DNA of 64,000 nucleotides from an uncultured Planctomycetota bacterium (GTDB taxonomy: Bacteria; Planctomycetota; Planctomycetia; Isosphaerales; Isosphaeraceae): contig CAVTTN010000002.1 of the NCBI GenBank assembly GCA_963737655.1, positions 5,920,001-5,984,000 of the forward strand. The letters run 5' to 3'. The notes under the pieces were generated by a model. It was not told where the DNA came from. It made no database searches and was given only the letters and a program-made list of their open reading frames with translations. The position numbers and the translations under genes are program-made. Below are positions 21,101-32,260 of this stretch, piece by piece (within the stretch, counting starts at the first letter, position 1; each line of letters begins with the position of its first letter).

Positions 21101-22501
21101 ATGAACACGTGGATCGTCATGCTCATCATGGGCGTCGCCCCGATTGCGGATGGCCCCGGCGTCGGGCCGGGTCCCCCGGCCGTTGAGCTGGGGGGCGTGG
21201 TTTATGTCGCCCTCGATGCCCTGGCCGGGGCGATGGGCGGGAGCGTCGCGTTCACCGAGCCGGGCCTCCCCCTCGGCATCCGGCCGTTGACGGTGACCGT
21301 CGGCGAGGAGCGGTGGCAGTTCCCCAACGGCGGGGACCGCGTCCTCGTCGTGGCCTCGAAGCGGGAGGTCCCGCTGGCCCATCCCGTGGTGTTCTACCGG
21401 GAGGGCTACTACGTCTCGGCCCGGGAGATCGCCCCGATCCTCGGCGTCGAGGCGCGCACCGACGGCGGCCTCCGCGTGATCGCCAAGGGCCGGACCCTCG
21501 AACTCCGGCCGGTCCCGATCGATTCGCCGTTCCATGCCCATCGGGTCGAAGCGTTCAAGGCGGTCCATCGGCCCGTTCGGACCACCGCCACGCTCAGGGC
21601 GAGGACGTCGCTCCACGGCGCCGACGGCCTCCGCGAGATCCCGGCGGGGACGGCGCTGCTCGTCCGCCGGGAGGCCGAGGTGGACGGCTCCCGGGCGGTC
21701 GTCCTCTCGGACTGCGGCCCGGATTTCCGCAGCTACGTGGCCGACGCCCGGGCCGTCGAGAAGGCGACCGAGGCGGGGAGCCTCGCCGGGTCGCCCTGGG
21801 AGGCCGCCCGGGCCTGGTTCGACCGGGCCGCCGAGGCCGAGACCGGCCTGAAGAGGGGCGAGGCCGCCGCCCTCGGCAAGACCGCATGCCTGACCGTCGA
21901 TTTGTGCTGGTCGCTCCGCCCGTTCGAGCCGGGGCTGATGGACGTCCTCCGCGGCTCGGCCGAGGGCCGAGACAGGCCGGCCGCGCCGGTCCTGTTCCTC
22001 ACCGGCCGCTGGATGGAGCAGCACCCCGGCGAGCTCCATGAGCTGATCGAATTGTCCCGCCGCCCCGGGCTGGACGTCACCTGGGGCCTCCACTCGTTCG
22101 ACCACCCGAAGTACGGCAAGTTCCTGAACGATTACCCGAGGGAGAGGCTCCAGGCCGACGACCTCCGCCAGGAACGCCTGATGCTGGAGTGGGGGATCGT
22201 GCCGTCGGTCGTCTATCGCTTCCCCGGCCTCATCCACGACCGAGAGAGGCTCCGGGGAATCCTCGACCTGGACCTGTTCCCGATCGACTGCGACTCGTGG
22301 CAGGCGATCGTCGAGCAGGAGAAGGGCCGGCCCGAGGAGGACCGCGGGCCGTTCGCCCGGCCGATCGGCGACGGGAGCATCATCCTCGTCCACGGCAACG
22401 GCAACGAGCCGGCGGGCATCCCCCCTCTTCGTCGCTGGCTGGCCGACCATCCCGACTGGACTCTGGGACCGATCCGTCAGTTCCTCCCGACCGGGAAGTA
22501 A
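21101..22501 (+). CDS. Probably exported polysaccharide deacetylase (NodB-homology) protein with N-terminal stalk-like domain
   Basis: Hydrophobic N-terminus; CLTVDLC, LFLTGRWM, GLHSFDHP, YRFPGL, IILVHGNGNEP. Confidence 0.75.
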   Translation: MNTWIVMLIMGVAPIADGPGVGPGPPAVELGGVVYVALDALAGAMGGSVAFTEPGLPLGIRPLTVTVGEERWQFPNGGDRVLVVASKREVPLAHPVVFYREGYYVSAREIAPILGVEARTDGGLRVIAKGRTLELRPVPIDSPFHAHRVEAFKAVHRPVRTTATLRARTSLHGADGLREIPAGTALLVRREAEVDGSRAVVLSDCGPDFRSYVADARAVEKATEAGSLAGSPWEAARAWFDRAAEAETGLKRGEAAALGKTACLTVDLCWSLRPFEPGLMDVLRGSAEGRDRPAAPVLFLTGRWMEQHPGELHELIELSRRPGLDVTWGLHSFDHPKYGKFLNDYPRERLQADDLRQERLMLEWGIVPSVVYRFPGLIHDRERLRGILDLDLFPIDCDSWQAIVEQEKGRPEEDRGPFARPIGDGSIILVHGNGNEPAGIPPLRRWLADHPDWTLGPIRQFLPTGK

Positions 22502-22531
22502 GGCCCCGCGAGCCGGGAGCCGGAGGGTCGC

Positions 22532-25500
22532 ATGACCGCTCCCGCCGAGCCTCGCCACGACCGCCTGCCGACGCCCGTGGCCGAGCTGGTCGAGCGCGCC
22601 CACCGCGGAGACGAGCCGGTCGAGGCGAGGCGAGAGGCGATGCTGAAGGTGCCGGAATGCCTCCTGAGGGTCGCCTCGCTCCCGCTCCTGGCCGTCTGCC
22701 TGAGAGGACCCTCGATCCACCCGGAGATGGCCAAGCTCCTGTCCCTGTTCGGCTTCCCCACGTTCTCGACCTGGCGATGGCTGGCCAAGGTGCTGAAGAG
22801 GGGGGACCTCGGCACCGACTGGGGCCCCCTGGCCGGCTACCGCGAGGACTTCGGCCGGGCCTACCGGTTGGTGAACGAGACGACCGCGGTGGCCCGGCCG
22901 GAGTACGCCCTCGGCGCCGCCGGGAAGGAGGCCGGCCTCCTCGACCTCTTCCAGGGCCTCCGCAACCACTGGGCGCACTCCTCCGGGACCTCGCCGGCCC
23001 TCTGCCGGAGGGACCTGGACGAGTACCTCCCGCGTCTGGACGCGATCCTCGACGCCTTCGCCTTCCTCGGGCGCTACCGCTTTTGCTCGATCGCGGGGGA
23101 CGGCCACCAAGCGACCCTGTTCCGGGGCGTCCGCCCGGCGGAGATCGACCTGGCCGATGGGGCCAGCGAGGGGGCGGCCCTGCTGACGCCCGACGATCGG
23201 GCGGTCCCGCTCTCGCCGCTGGTGGTCCCGGGGCCCGACGGCGCCCTCGGCTGGTTCGATGGCTACCGGCTGGGACGCGACGGGCCGGACGCCTCCGACG
23301 GCCTGGCCTATCAGACCGACCTCGGCCGGCAATACCGCTCGGGCCCGGTGGCGGAGGGCCTCCGGGCCCTGTTCCGGGCCCACAACGTCCTGCTGCTCCC
23401 GGGCTCGAAGGGCCTGACCCTCCGACGATTGAACGAATACCTCTCGGCGGTGACCGGCCAGAACCTGAAGGAGCTGGACGCCCGGTACGGCCGCGACCTC
23501 TTCGTCGATCGGCCCGCCCTGACCGGGGCCCTCAGGGCGTTCGTCGAGGGGGAGCGGTCGGAGGAGGCGCCCGTGGCCCTGCTCCTGACCGGGCCGGCGG
23601 GGTCGGGCAAGTCCGGGCTGCTGGTCCACCTGGCCCAGGGGCTCCTCCGGGCCCCGGGGGGAGGCCCTGGCGTCCTCCTGATGAGGGGGGACAAGTTGAC
23701 GGTCGAGGGGGACATGCCCCAGATCCTCTTCTCCAACCTCCTGATGATGCTCGGCGCCGACCGGGAGGAGGTCCGCACCTTCGCGGACCTCTGCGAGAGG
23801 CTGGAGGCCAGCCGCAAGGGGGAGGACCGGGACCTCCGCCTCGTGGTCGTCTTCGACGGGGTGAACGAGGCGTCGGACCGGCCCGAGAAGGTCTTCCGCG
23901 AGCTCCTGGACGTCATCGCGACGGCCCGCCCGTACCGCTGGATTCGGATCGTGGCGGCGGTCCGCTCGGACTTCCTCCGGAGGCACAGGGCGGGGCTGGA
24001 AGGGGCCGAGAAGGACCCGCTCCACGGCCTGCGCGACCTGCTGGCCACCCCCGGGCCCGACGCCCCGGAGGAGATCCGCGGCGAGGGCCTCCCGGTCTGG
24101 GCCGTCCCGACGATCACCGAGGCCGAGCGCCGGGAGATCTACGAGCGGTTCCGGGCCCGCCGCGCCGAGGGGACGCCCGGGGTCCCGGCGTGCCTGACGC
24201 CCTGGGACGGCCTCGACCCCGAAATCCGCGGGAAGATCCTCGACCGGCCTCTCTTGATCCGCCTCTGGATGGAGCTGTACGACGGCCGGCCCGCCGGGGC
24301 CCTGCACTCGGTCTCGGACCTCTACATCGCCTACCTCGACGCGCTCTCGGCCTCGATGCCGGGGCTGTCACGGGTCGCGCTGCCCCGGGTCGTCGAGCAC
24401 ATGCTGAGGGTCGGCCGGTCGGCGCTGACCGACGAGGACGCCGGGCAGATCCGGGCGTCCGGGCCGGCGGGGGGCGACGCGCTGTCCGCCCTGGTCGCCG
24501 CGGGCCTCTTCGAGGTCCGGGTCCCGACGACCGGGCCGGTCCGCTACGGCGTGTTCCACGAGCGGATGGCCGAGGCCCTGGCCGCCCGGTGGCTCCGCGA
24601 GTCGGTCGGCTACCCGGCCCGGCCCGACGGCGACCGGCCCCCGCCGGCCATCGATCCCGCCGCGCTCAGGGCCTGGGACGCGTTCCCCCGCCACTCGCTC
24701 AACCCCCTCCTGTTCGGCGGCCTGGAGCTCTTCATCCGCCGCCTCCTGGACGTGAAGGACTGGAAGAACGCCTCGCGGGTCCTGGAGCACGTCGACTTCC
24801 AGATGCCCCCGGGCTCCAGTTGGCTGTTCCTCGCCGGCCGCCAGAACCTGACGATCGAGTTCCGCGAGGCGCTCCGCGACCGCCTGGAGGACCGGTCCCT
24901 CCGCCAGCAGAACCTCTTCCAGCTCGGCCTGGGCTACATCCGGGCCGGCCGTCACGAGGAGGCGGCCGACGCCCTCGGCCTGGCTCGCTCGCTGGGCGGG
25001 AGCCCGCAGATGAGGGCGGCGATCGCGATGTACACCGGGCTCTGCCTGGTCCGCGAGGGGGACCTCGATCGCGGGGAGGCCGAGCTGGAGGCCGCCCGAG
25101 GGCTGGCCGCCGGGACCCGGCTCGAGGGGAACGTCCACGGCCACCTCGCCAGCCTGAGGGTCAGGCGGCTCCGGGCCTCCGGCGGCGATCGGCCGCCCCC
25201 GCAGGATGTCCAGGAGGTGGTCGAGGCCCTGTACCGTCGCGCCATCGAGCTGAACGGCCGAGGAACCCGGCCCGACCGCCGGTGCGAGGTCTTCTGGAGG
25301 AAGGAGTGGGGCGAGACGCTCCTGTTCCTCGGCCGGGCTGGCGAGGCCGTGGACGAGTTGGAGGCCGCCTGGACGACGTGCGTGGCCAGCGGCCTGGATG
25401 CCAAGTGCCGGCTCGACCTCCACCTCGCCCTGGGCCGGTCCTACCGGTTCGAGGGCCGGGGCAACGAGGCCGACGAGCAGTTCCGGCTCGGCCTGGCCTT

Positions 25501-25567
25501 GGCGGCCGAGATCGGCGACGCCGAGCTCCGGCAGGCCCTGGAGGCCGCCAAGGCGGGCGGCCCATGA
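22532..25567 (+). CDS. HEPN-like + STAND NTPase + TPR-like protein (STAND-4, 1011 aa)
   Basis: LPTPVA...LRNHWAHS; Walker A GPAGSGKS; Walker B VVFDGVNE; CLTPWDGL matches CPTPWDDL of STAND-1; helical TPR-like C-terminus. Confidence 0.85.
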   Translation: MTAPAEPRHDRLPTPVAELVERAHRGDEPVEARREAMLKVPECLLRVASLPLLAVCLRGPSIHPEMAKLLSLFGFPTFSTWRWLAKVLKRGDLGTDWGPLAGYREDFGRAYRLVNETTAVARPEYALGAAGKEAGLLDLFQGLRNHWAHSSGTSPALCRRDLDEYLPRLDAILDAFAFLGRYRFCSIAGDGHQATLFRGVRPAEIDLADGASEGAALLTPDDRAVPLSPLVVPGPDGALGWFDGYRLGRDGPDASDGLAYQTDLGRQYRSGPVAEGLRALFRAHNVLLLPGSKGLTLRRLNEYLSAVTGQNLKELDARYGRDLFVDRPALTGALRAFVEGERSEEAPVALLLTGPAGSGKSGLLVHLAQGLLRAPGGGPGVLLMRGDKLTVEGDMPQILFSNLLMMLGADREEVRTFADLCERLEASRKGEDRDLRLVVVFDGVNEASDRPEKVFRELLDVIATARPYRWIRIVAAVRSDFLRRHRAGLEGAEKDPLHGLRDLLATPGPDAPEEIRGEGLPVWAVPTITEAERREIYERFRARRAEGTPGVPACLTPWDGLDPEIRGKILDRPLLIRLWMELYDGRPAGALHSVSDLYIAYLDALSASMPGLSRVALPRVVEHMLRVGRSALTDEDAGQIRASGPAGGDALSALVAAGLFEVRVPTTGPVRYGVFHERMAEALAARWLRESVGYPARPDGDRPPPAIDPAALRAWDAFPRHSLNPLLFGGLELFIRRLLDVKDWKNASRVLEHVDFQMPPGSSWLFLAGRQNLTIEFREALRDRLEDRSLRQQNLFQLGLGYIRAGRHEEAADALGLARSLGGSPQMRAAIAMYTGLCLVREGDLDRGEAELEAARGLAAGTRLEGNVHGHLASLRVRRLRASGGDRPPPQDVQEVVEALYRRAIELNGRGTRPDRRCEVFWRKEWGETLLFLGRAGEAVDELEAAWTTCVASGLDAKCRLDLHLALGRSYRFEGRGNEADEQFRLGLALAAEIGDAELRQALEAAKAGGP

Positions 25568-26295
25568 GACCGGACCCCGGGGCCGGGCCGTGACCCCCGG
25601 GTGGGCGGCCCTCGCGGGGCGAGACGGGTTCGATCCTTCGCGACCTCTCCGATCCGGCGTTTCGTCCGAAACGACGGAGGCCCATCGACAAGGGGTTGTA
25701 GCGGAGGTCACGGGATGATCGCAGGACCTGGGTCCGGCCGGGGACCCGGCCGGGCCCCTCGCCGCCAGCCTGCCCCTGGGGCACCCGCGCGTTCACGGGC
25801 GCCCAGGAGCCGGCACCAGCGTGGGTCGCACGGACTACTCCGGGTCGCCGGGGCCGGAATCAGCCGGGGTCACACTCTCGGCCGGCGGTCGGGTGACCGA
25901 GGGCCGAACCCCATTGGGTGGGCGACGAATCCCGCGCGGCACTCCACGCGTAGCCGGGGCCCTGGGGGGGCCGGCGCCTCGCCCCTGGCGGGCCTCGGAC
26001 TGAGTGGCGGCCCCCGGTCGCGGGGGCCGGGGTGCGATGGTGGAGAGGACGCCGCGGCGTCGGCGATCGTGGCGAGTCACGCCGGCCCGTCGTCCTGGCC
26101 TGGTCCGGGCCACTCGGGAGACGATCGCGGTTCGGTCCCACGGTCGGCCGGGCGACCCGCAGGGACCCGGGGCGGTCGGCCGGCGAACTCCGGCTCCGGC
26201 CCGAGGAACGGAGCCGGTCGGCCCCGACCCCTCAGCTCACCGAGAGCCTCACGGTACGGCGGCCCGGCCGGGTTCAGCCCGGGCGGGCATCTCGA

Positions 26296-26751
26296 TCACC
26301 TCGGCATGGATTCCCATCCCCGTGGTCTCGCCGGCCGCGTGACGGACGAGCCACCGGTGCGGCCTCGGGGAGGCCGTGCGCAGTGAGCGGCCGTCGAAGG
26401 GGGCGACGTCGTCGCGGCGCGGATCAGCCGCAGGCCAGGCTCGGGGTACGGCAGCGAGGCGGCCCGCCAGCGGTCGATGATCCTCGTGCGGACAGCGGTA
26501 ACGGCGTGGTAGGCGGGGTGGCGGGTGTCGAAGATCTTCTTGCCGGCGGCCAGGGCCGGGGCGTCGGCGTCGAAGGGGGAGACGGCGGCGGCGCGCTGCT
26601 CGGGGGTCAGGGCCTTCTGCACGCCGGGCCGGGCGAACTGGAGGCGGCAGGCGGCCGAGCCGGCGCGGAGACGGCGGGCCGGGCCGTCGTCGGCGTCGAT
26701 GCCGGGCGGGGCCGGTCCGGCGTGGGGGGCGATCTCGGTGGCGAGGCTCAT
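26296..26751 (-). pseudogene. Truncated conserved hypothetical protein (DUF3150-like) of the AAA module
   Basis: GVQKALTPEQR...AGKKIFDTRHPAY...SLPYPEPGLRLIR, after which the sequence loses coding character at ~26410. Start overlaps the AAA stop. Confidence 0.55.
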
Positions 26752-28287
26752 GCGGGCGGCTCCTGGTCGGGGTGGAGGTCGGGCGACGTGCGGACGTGCT
26801 CGCGTGTTCGAGCGAGTCGATGACAGGAGGTATCAGTTGGACGAAGGGTCGCCGCGGCGGACGGCCCGGCCGGGCCGGGCCTGGGGGACTGGCCGGCCTC
26901 GCGCGAGTACAGGCCGGGCCGCTCGGCCGACAGGCAGCGGCCGGAGGCCCACTGCCGCGGCCGCTCGACCGCCTCGCCGGCCGTGGCGGCGACCGGGACG
27001 ACGTGGTGCGCGGCCTCGACCGGAGCCACGCCCAGCAGGGCCGCCAGGCGGCAGCAGGCCCGCACCTCGGCGCCGGTCCAGTCGCGGTCCTCGGGCCGGC
27101 GGGCCGAGGGGTCCAGGCCGTAGCGTTCGAGGTAGGTCCGCCAGATGGCGTCCTTCTCGGCGCGGCCGGGCAGGTCGAGGAAGAACACGCCGTCGAACCG
27201 GCCGGCGCGGGCGAACTCCGGCGGCAGCCGCGAGACGTCGTTGCAGGTGCCGACGAAGAAGGCGTCGGACTCGTGATCATTGAGCCAGATCAGCAGGGCG
27301 CCGAAGAGCCGCGACCCGACGCCCGAGTCGGCCGAGGACCCCGAGGCGGCGCCGCCGAGGGCCTTCTCCAGCTCGTCGCAGAAGACGACGCACGGGGCCA
27401 TCGCGTCGACCTGGCGCAGCGCCTCGTGGACCCGCCTCTCGGTCTCCTCCACGAGCGAGCCCTTCAGGGCGCCGACGTCGAGCACCAGGGTGGGCCGCCC
27501 GGTCTCCGCCCCCAATGACTTCGCGAACTGCGACTTGCCGGTGCCAGGCGGCCGAGGCCCGGCCGGGCCTCAGAGCCTTCGCGCGGAAGTCCTTCAGCGC
27601 CCCGAGGCCGCCCAGCTCGGCGAACGACCCGCCGCCGCGGTGCAGGCTTAGCAGGCCCGAGGCCCGCAAGGCCCCGGCCTTCAGCTCCCACAGCGGCCCG
27701 GGCGCCAGGCGGCCGTGCCGCACCAGCGCCAGGCTGAAGGCGTTCTCGGCCTCGGTGCGGGTCAGGCCCGCCGCGTCGAGCACCGCCTCCAGGGCCTCGC
27801 CCCCGGGCAGCTCGCCCGGCTCGGTGGCCACGCCCCGGGCGATGGAGAGCAGGTCGTCGCGGCCGGGCAATTCGTGCTCGATCACGGCGAACTGGCATTC
27901 CAGCTCGACCGGGATCTGCAGCACGGGCGACAGGACCACCACGAACGTGCGGTCGGCCTTGCCGGCGGCGATCCGCGTCTCCAGGGCCTGGGCGACCTCG
28001 GCCGAGCCGAGCAGGCGGTGGAAGTGGCGGAGCACGCGGACCGCCGTGCCGCCGGGCGAGGCCATGGCGTCTAGGACCAGCGGGTCGCCGCCGGCGGTCT
28101 GGGCCGGGGTCGGACCGCCGCCGGGGTCGACCAGGCCGCGGTCGAGGTCCCAGGCGGCCAGGGGCCAGCCGCGATCGCGGCAGAGGGCGGCGACCTCGGC
28201 CGGGGCGTCGTCGGGCTCGTGGGTCAGGACCCACAGCGCCGGGAAGCAGGCGCGGACGTGCTCGTCCAGCCGCTCGGTGAGCGTCAT
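26748..28287 (-). pseudogene. Ycf46-like AAA+ ATPase, disrupted by a deletion/frameshift just before Walker A
   Basis: N-half ...GGLGALKDF. PGTGKSQFAKSLG, FCDELEKAL and LPPEFARAGRFDGVFFLDLP lie in another frame, and the usual GVLLLG strand before Walker A is missing (~27550). Confidence 0.85.
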
Positions 28288-28335
28288 CGGATGACTCCTC
28301 GGGGATGTTCGGAGGGAAGCGAAATCGGGAGGGGA

Positions 28336-28527
28336 TCAGGTGGGCTGGCGGAGGTCGGGGCGGGCCTCCGGCGCGACGTACATCTCGGCGGTGGGCCGCT
28401 CGGCCAGGCGAGCGCCCAGGGCTTCTTCATAGGGCCGGCCCGCCTCGCGGCACGACGGCCCGGAGAAGCGTCGGGTGGCCACGGTCGTCGCGCCCTTCGG
28501 GTCGACGACGATCTCGACGACCTTCAT
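28336..28527 (-). CDS. DUF2997 family small protein
   Basis: MKVVEIVVDPKGATTVATRRFSGPSCREAGRPYEEALG...TAEMY; ATGA overlap with the upstream gene. Confidence 0.8.
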   Translation of the reverse strand: MKVVEIVVDPKGATTVATRRFSGPSCREAGRPYEEALGARLAERPTAEMYVAPEARPDLRQPT

Positions 28528-28892
28528 GCGCCACTTCCCACGGCGACCGTCAGGCGGATCGAGCCGTCGGGCAAGGCCGCCTCGACGACGGAGTGGCCGC
28601 TGCGGCGGGCCTCGGCCCTGGCCGTCTCGACGGCGTAGGCCTGGAGGAAGCGGCCGAGGTGCTCCTGCCGGCCCCACAGGCCGCCGTAGTTGTCGTAGCG
28701 GGCCACGCCGGCGGCGACGTCCAGGACCAGGGGATAGAGCCAGCCCGGCAGCCGGATCAGCAGGCCGGAGGCGTGGCCGGAGAACAGCGGGGACGAGCCC
28801 TCCTCGGGGGCGGGCAGGCCCAGGCGGCAGCAGGCGGCGGCGACGGCGGAGGGGTCGCGGCACTCGGCGCGGACCTCGACGACGTGCGACAT
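28524..28892 (-). CDS. DUF1257 (Ycf35-like) family protein
   Basis: MSHVVEV...LPGWLYP...YDNYGGLWG...FLQAYAVE...DGSIRLTV; adjacent to DUF2997 and the AAA gene. Confidence 0.8.
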   Translation of the reverse strand: MSHVVEVRAECRDPSAVAAACCRLGLPAPEEGSSPLFSGHASGLLIRLPGWLYPLVLDVAAGVARYDNYGGLWGRQEHLGRFLQAYAVETARAEARRSGHSVVEAALPDGSIRLTVAVGSGA

Positions 28893-29297
28893 GGATCGGG
28901 TTCTCCGGGGTGACGGGGCGGCCCCGCCCTTGAGACGACGGCGGGCGCCTCAAGGGATCCTGCCGCGAATCAGGCCCGGATTTAGCGGCGGCCCGTCGTC
29001 GGATCGGCCGGCCGCCCTGCCGCCGGATGGGGCCCGGCCGGGCCCCATCCGGCGGGATGACGGGGCCGGCCGAACGCATCCTCAGTGGCCGTCCCCTCCC
29101 GACGATCGCCACTGGAGGGACGAGCGACGTGACCGGGACCTCTGCCGCCCCACGACTGCCGTGGGGCGGCCCTCTCGGCCTCGCGACCGGTCGATGTTGG
29201 GCCTGGTCGCCCTCTCACATGGGGCTCGATTTCGACCGACCCGCCGATTAGGATCTGTTCGCATCCGCGAATGCTTTTGCCGCGAGGGCCTGGCGGG

Positions 29298-32260
29298 ATG
29301 GCGATCTTACCGATGCCGGTAGGGGTCGAGGAGAATGGCGGGACCGAGGAGTTCGTCGCCGCCATCGAGCGTCGTCGGGACGGGCTCGGGCTGGCGAGTC
29401 CCTGGTCCATCGCCGAGCTTCGACTCGACGAAGAGGATTACGAACGCCTGGGCTGCTGGGCCGGGAGGCTCGGCGGGCGGACGGTCCGGGAGTGGACTCG
29501 CGACGATTGGAGCTGGGCGGACCCGCCGGTGAGCCCAAAGCGATCACGTCGGGCCTGCCTCGGCCTGGTCCTGCTGGCGGTCGCCGCCGAGGCGGCCCGT
29601 CGCGAGGCAACCGAGGCGACGCTCTGGCGATACGTCCGCCGGCGCCCCGACGGGAGGCTCCGGTTCCGGGCGGATTCCGACCTCTTCGTCCAGGGTCAGC
29701 CCGGCGAGTCCTTCAAGGTGGCCCTCCGCGCGGCCGCGGAGGAGTTCGGCCTCCGCCACGTCACGGGCCACGCCGACACGAAGCGGTACTACCTGACGGT
29801 CTTCCTCCAGTTCGGCTTCGGCCTCCGCGACGCGGAGCACCGCCTCGCCGGTTGGCTCTCGGGCCAGGGCCTCCAGGTCGCGATCGAGCGCCTGGCCGAG
29901 CGGGGCGGGCCTCTCGGCTCCCAGTCGTTCTCGGCGCTCTGGCGCGACCTCCGTCACGGCCGGGGCCGCCTCCTGCCCGCCGAGGCCCTGCGGGTGAGGC
30001 TCACGGCCTCACCCTGGGTGTTGCCGTGCTGGGCAGACCGGCTCGTCGAGGCTCGCAGGCCGGTCGCTGCCCTCCTCGGAGGGCGCCGGACGGGTCCGCC
30101 TCGCGGCCTGAGGACGATCCTGGGCCCGCCCCTCATGGTCTGGGCCGGCGGCGGCCCACCCCAATTCGCCTGCAAGGTCGCCGACCTGGCGACGGCCCCC
30201 CTGCCGGGTCGCGAGTACTCGTTGAGGGTCGCCGGGCGAGTGCTCGCGAGGATCGAGCGCGACGAGGACGGCCTGTCGTCCGACCGCGATGCCGTGACCC
30301 TGCCCGGGTTCCCCGCGATCGCCGCCGTCGAGCCTCCGGGACGAGGACTCGGGCGAGGGCGAGGCCCTGCCCCTGGTGTGCTTCGACCCCCAGGAGCCCG
30401 CCTCGCTCTTCGACCTGCGGTCCGGCCGGCCGGTCGCGGCGGGCGCTCGGACGGACCCGACGGGGAGGTACGCCCTGGTCCATGCCGACGACCTGACGCT
30501 CGTGCCCTCGCCCGGCGAATGGAGGGCCGTCCGATCCGGGCCGCTGAAACTCCGGGCCGCCGCCCTGGCGGGCCCCGAGCTGGCGGCGGCGAGGCTGACC
30601 CTCGACGGCGCGACGGTCTGGGAGGCCCGATCGCCCTCGGCCGGGGCCGCCGCCCCGCCCTGGGCCAGCGTCCGGCTGGAGCTCGCCGGAAAGGCCGCGA
30701 GCCTGCCCTCCCTGCCGATGGGCCGTTCCTACGAGATCCTGGTCCGCCACCCAGAGGACGTGCGCGTCGCCTTCGTCCGCCGGGGGATGGAGCCCCTGGA
30801 ACCGTCGCCGGCGGGCCCCGGGACGACCCGCGTCGGGCCGATCACGTCCACCGTCCCGACGCTCGCCGGGACGACTCGGTGGCTGATCGGACTGGAGCGC
30901 CAGGGGGAGTCGGCCCGGGTCGTCGAGACCTTCCAGCCGCCTCGCCACGGGGGGGCCATCTTCCGCGAGGACGGCTGGGAGGTCCTCGACCCGAGCAACG
31001 CCCTGGACGCCGAGGACGGCCGGAGGTCGCCCGTGCTGATCCTCCCCCCCACGGCCTGGGACGGCCAGGTCATCCGCGAGGGATCGCAGACATGGGCCCT
31101 GATGGAGGGTGAGGCCTGGGTCGGACGCACGGAGCCGCGCCCTCGGATCATCCCGCGACTTTCGGGCCTCGGGGCCCGTTGACTGTGAGGCTCGGGCCGT
31201 TCAACGCCGTGCCCGGCACGCCTCCGGACGGCGGCCCGAGGCGTCTGGACGCCCTGATCCTGGCCGATCGCGTGGTGGATCGAGGGATCGTCCGGGGTGT
31301 CGTGGTCGCCGAGGCCACCGTCGATGCCCACGCCTGGCGGATCGAGCTGACGAGGGCCCTGGAGATCGGCGACGATCACGAGGTCCACTGGTGGGACCGC
31401 TCCGGGGAGGTGTTCCACCTGAGGCCGTCGGCCTGGCCGATCGGCGACCCCGTCCGCCTGGACTGGTGGTCGGTCCGGCCCCCGTTCGTCGCCTCCGAGC
31501 CCGGGCCCTGCTCGTCACCTACGAGGGCCGGAGGCTCGGAGCCTGGTGGGCGGCGGGCTGGGCCTCCGGGCTGGAGGAGGTCGCCTCGGCCCGCGACCCC
31601 GGCCTGATCGCCGAGTGGATCCGCTGGGCCCGGTTGCCCGCCCTGGAGCCGCGATCCCTGCCCGAGGTCCGGCGGCTGGCCGAGCGCTGGCCGGCGGAGG
31701 CCCTGCGGGCCTGGTCCGTCGAGGACTCCTCCGACGGCTGGCGGTTCGTGGCCCGCGCCGCGTTCCGCGACTGGTGGCCCGGGCCGGACCAATTGGACGG
31801 CGTGGCCGGCGTCCTGGGCGGCGCCGCCCCGATCCCGGAAGTGGCTGCGGCCCTCCGCCTGATGGATCTCTGCCCCGTGACGATGGGGCGTTTCCTCAAG
31901 GCGAGGGCCGAGGGCGCCTCCGACCCGGAGAGGCGAGTGCTGTTCGCCGGCGTCCGGAGGTCGATCGAGGACTCGCTCCGGTTCGACGTGGGCGAGTGGG
32001 TCGGCACCGACGACACGCTCCGGGACGGCGTCTCGCGGGCCACCGGCCTGGCCGATGCGTTCCTCCGCGGCCTAAACGCCAGCGGGATGGCGGCCGTGCT
32101 CGGCCATCCTCCTGGGGACGAGTTCGACCAGCGGCCGAACCTCGACCTCGCCGTGACCCAGTTCACGGCCTGCCGCCTCCTGCTGGCGATGGACATCCTC
32201 CAGTGCCTCGAAGCCGGCGCGGTCTCCCACTGGAAAGGTGGCCATTTTGCAACCGCTTGA
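29298..32260 (+). pseudogene. Large helicase-partner protein (Druantia DruF/DruH-like position), three apparent frameshifts (~30332, ~31176, ~31500)
   Basis: Coding-like sequence passes through four ORF frames (29271, 30376, 31179, 31109) joined by single-C indels. N-terminal block LW...LFVQGQP...FGLRH...YLTVFLQFGF. Overlaps the helicase start. Confidence 0.6.

Noticed and set aside
25620..25652. GGGTTCGATCC T-loop-like sequence as a second att/tRNA remnant
   Set aside because: The T-stem and acceptor strand do not pair convincingly; too short to support.
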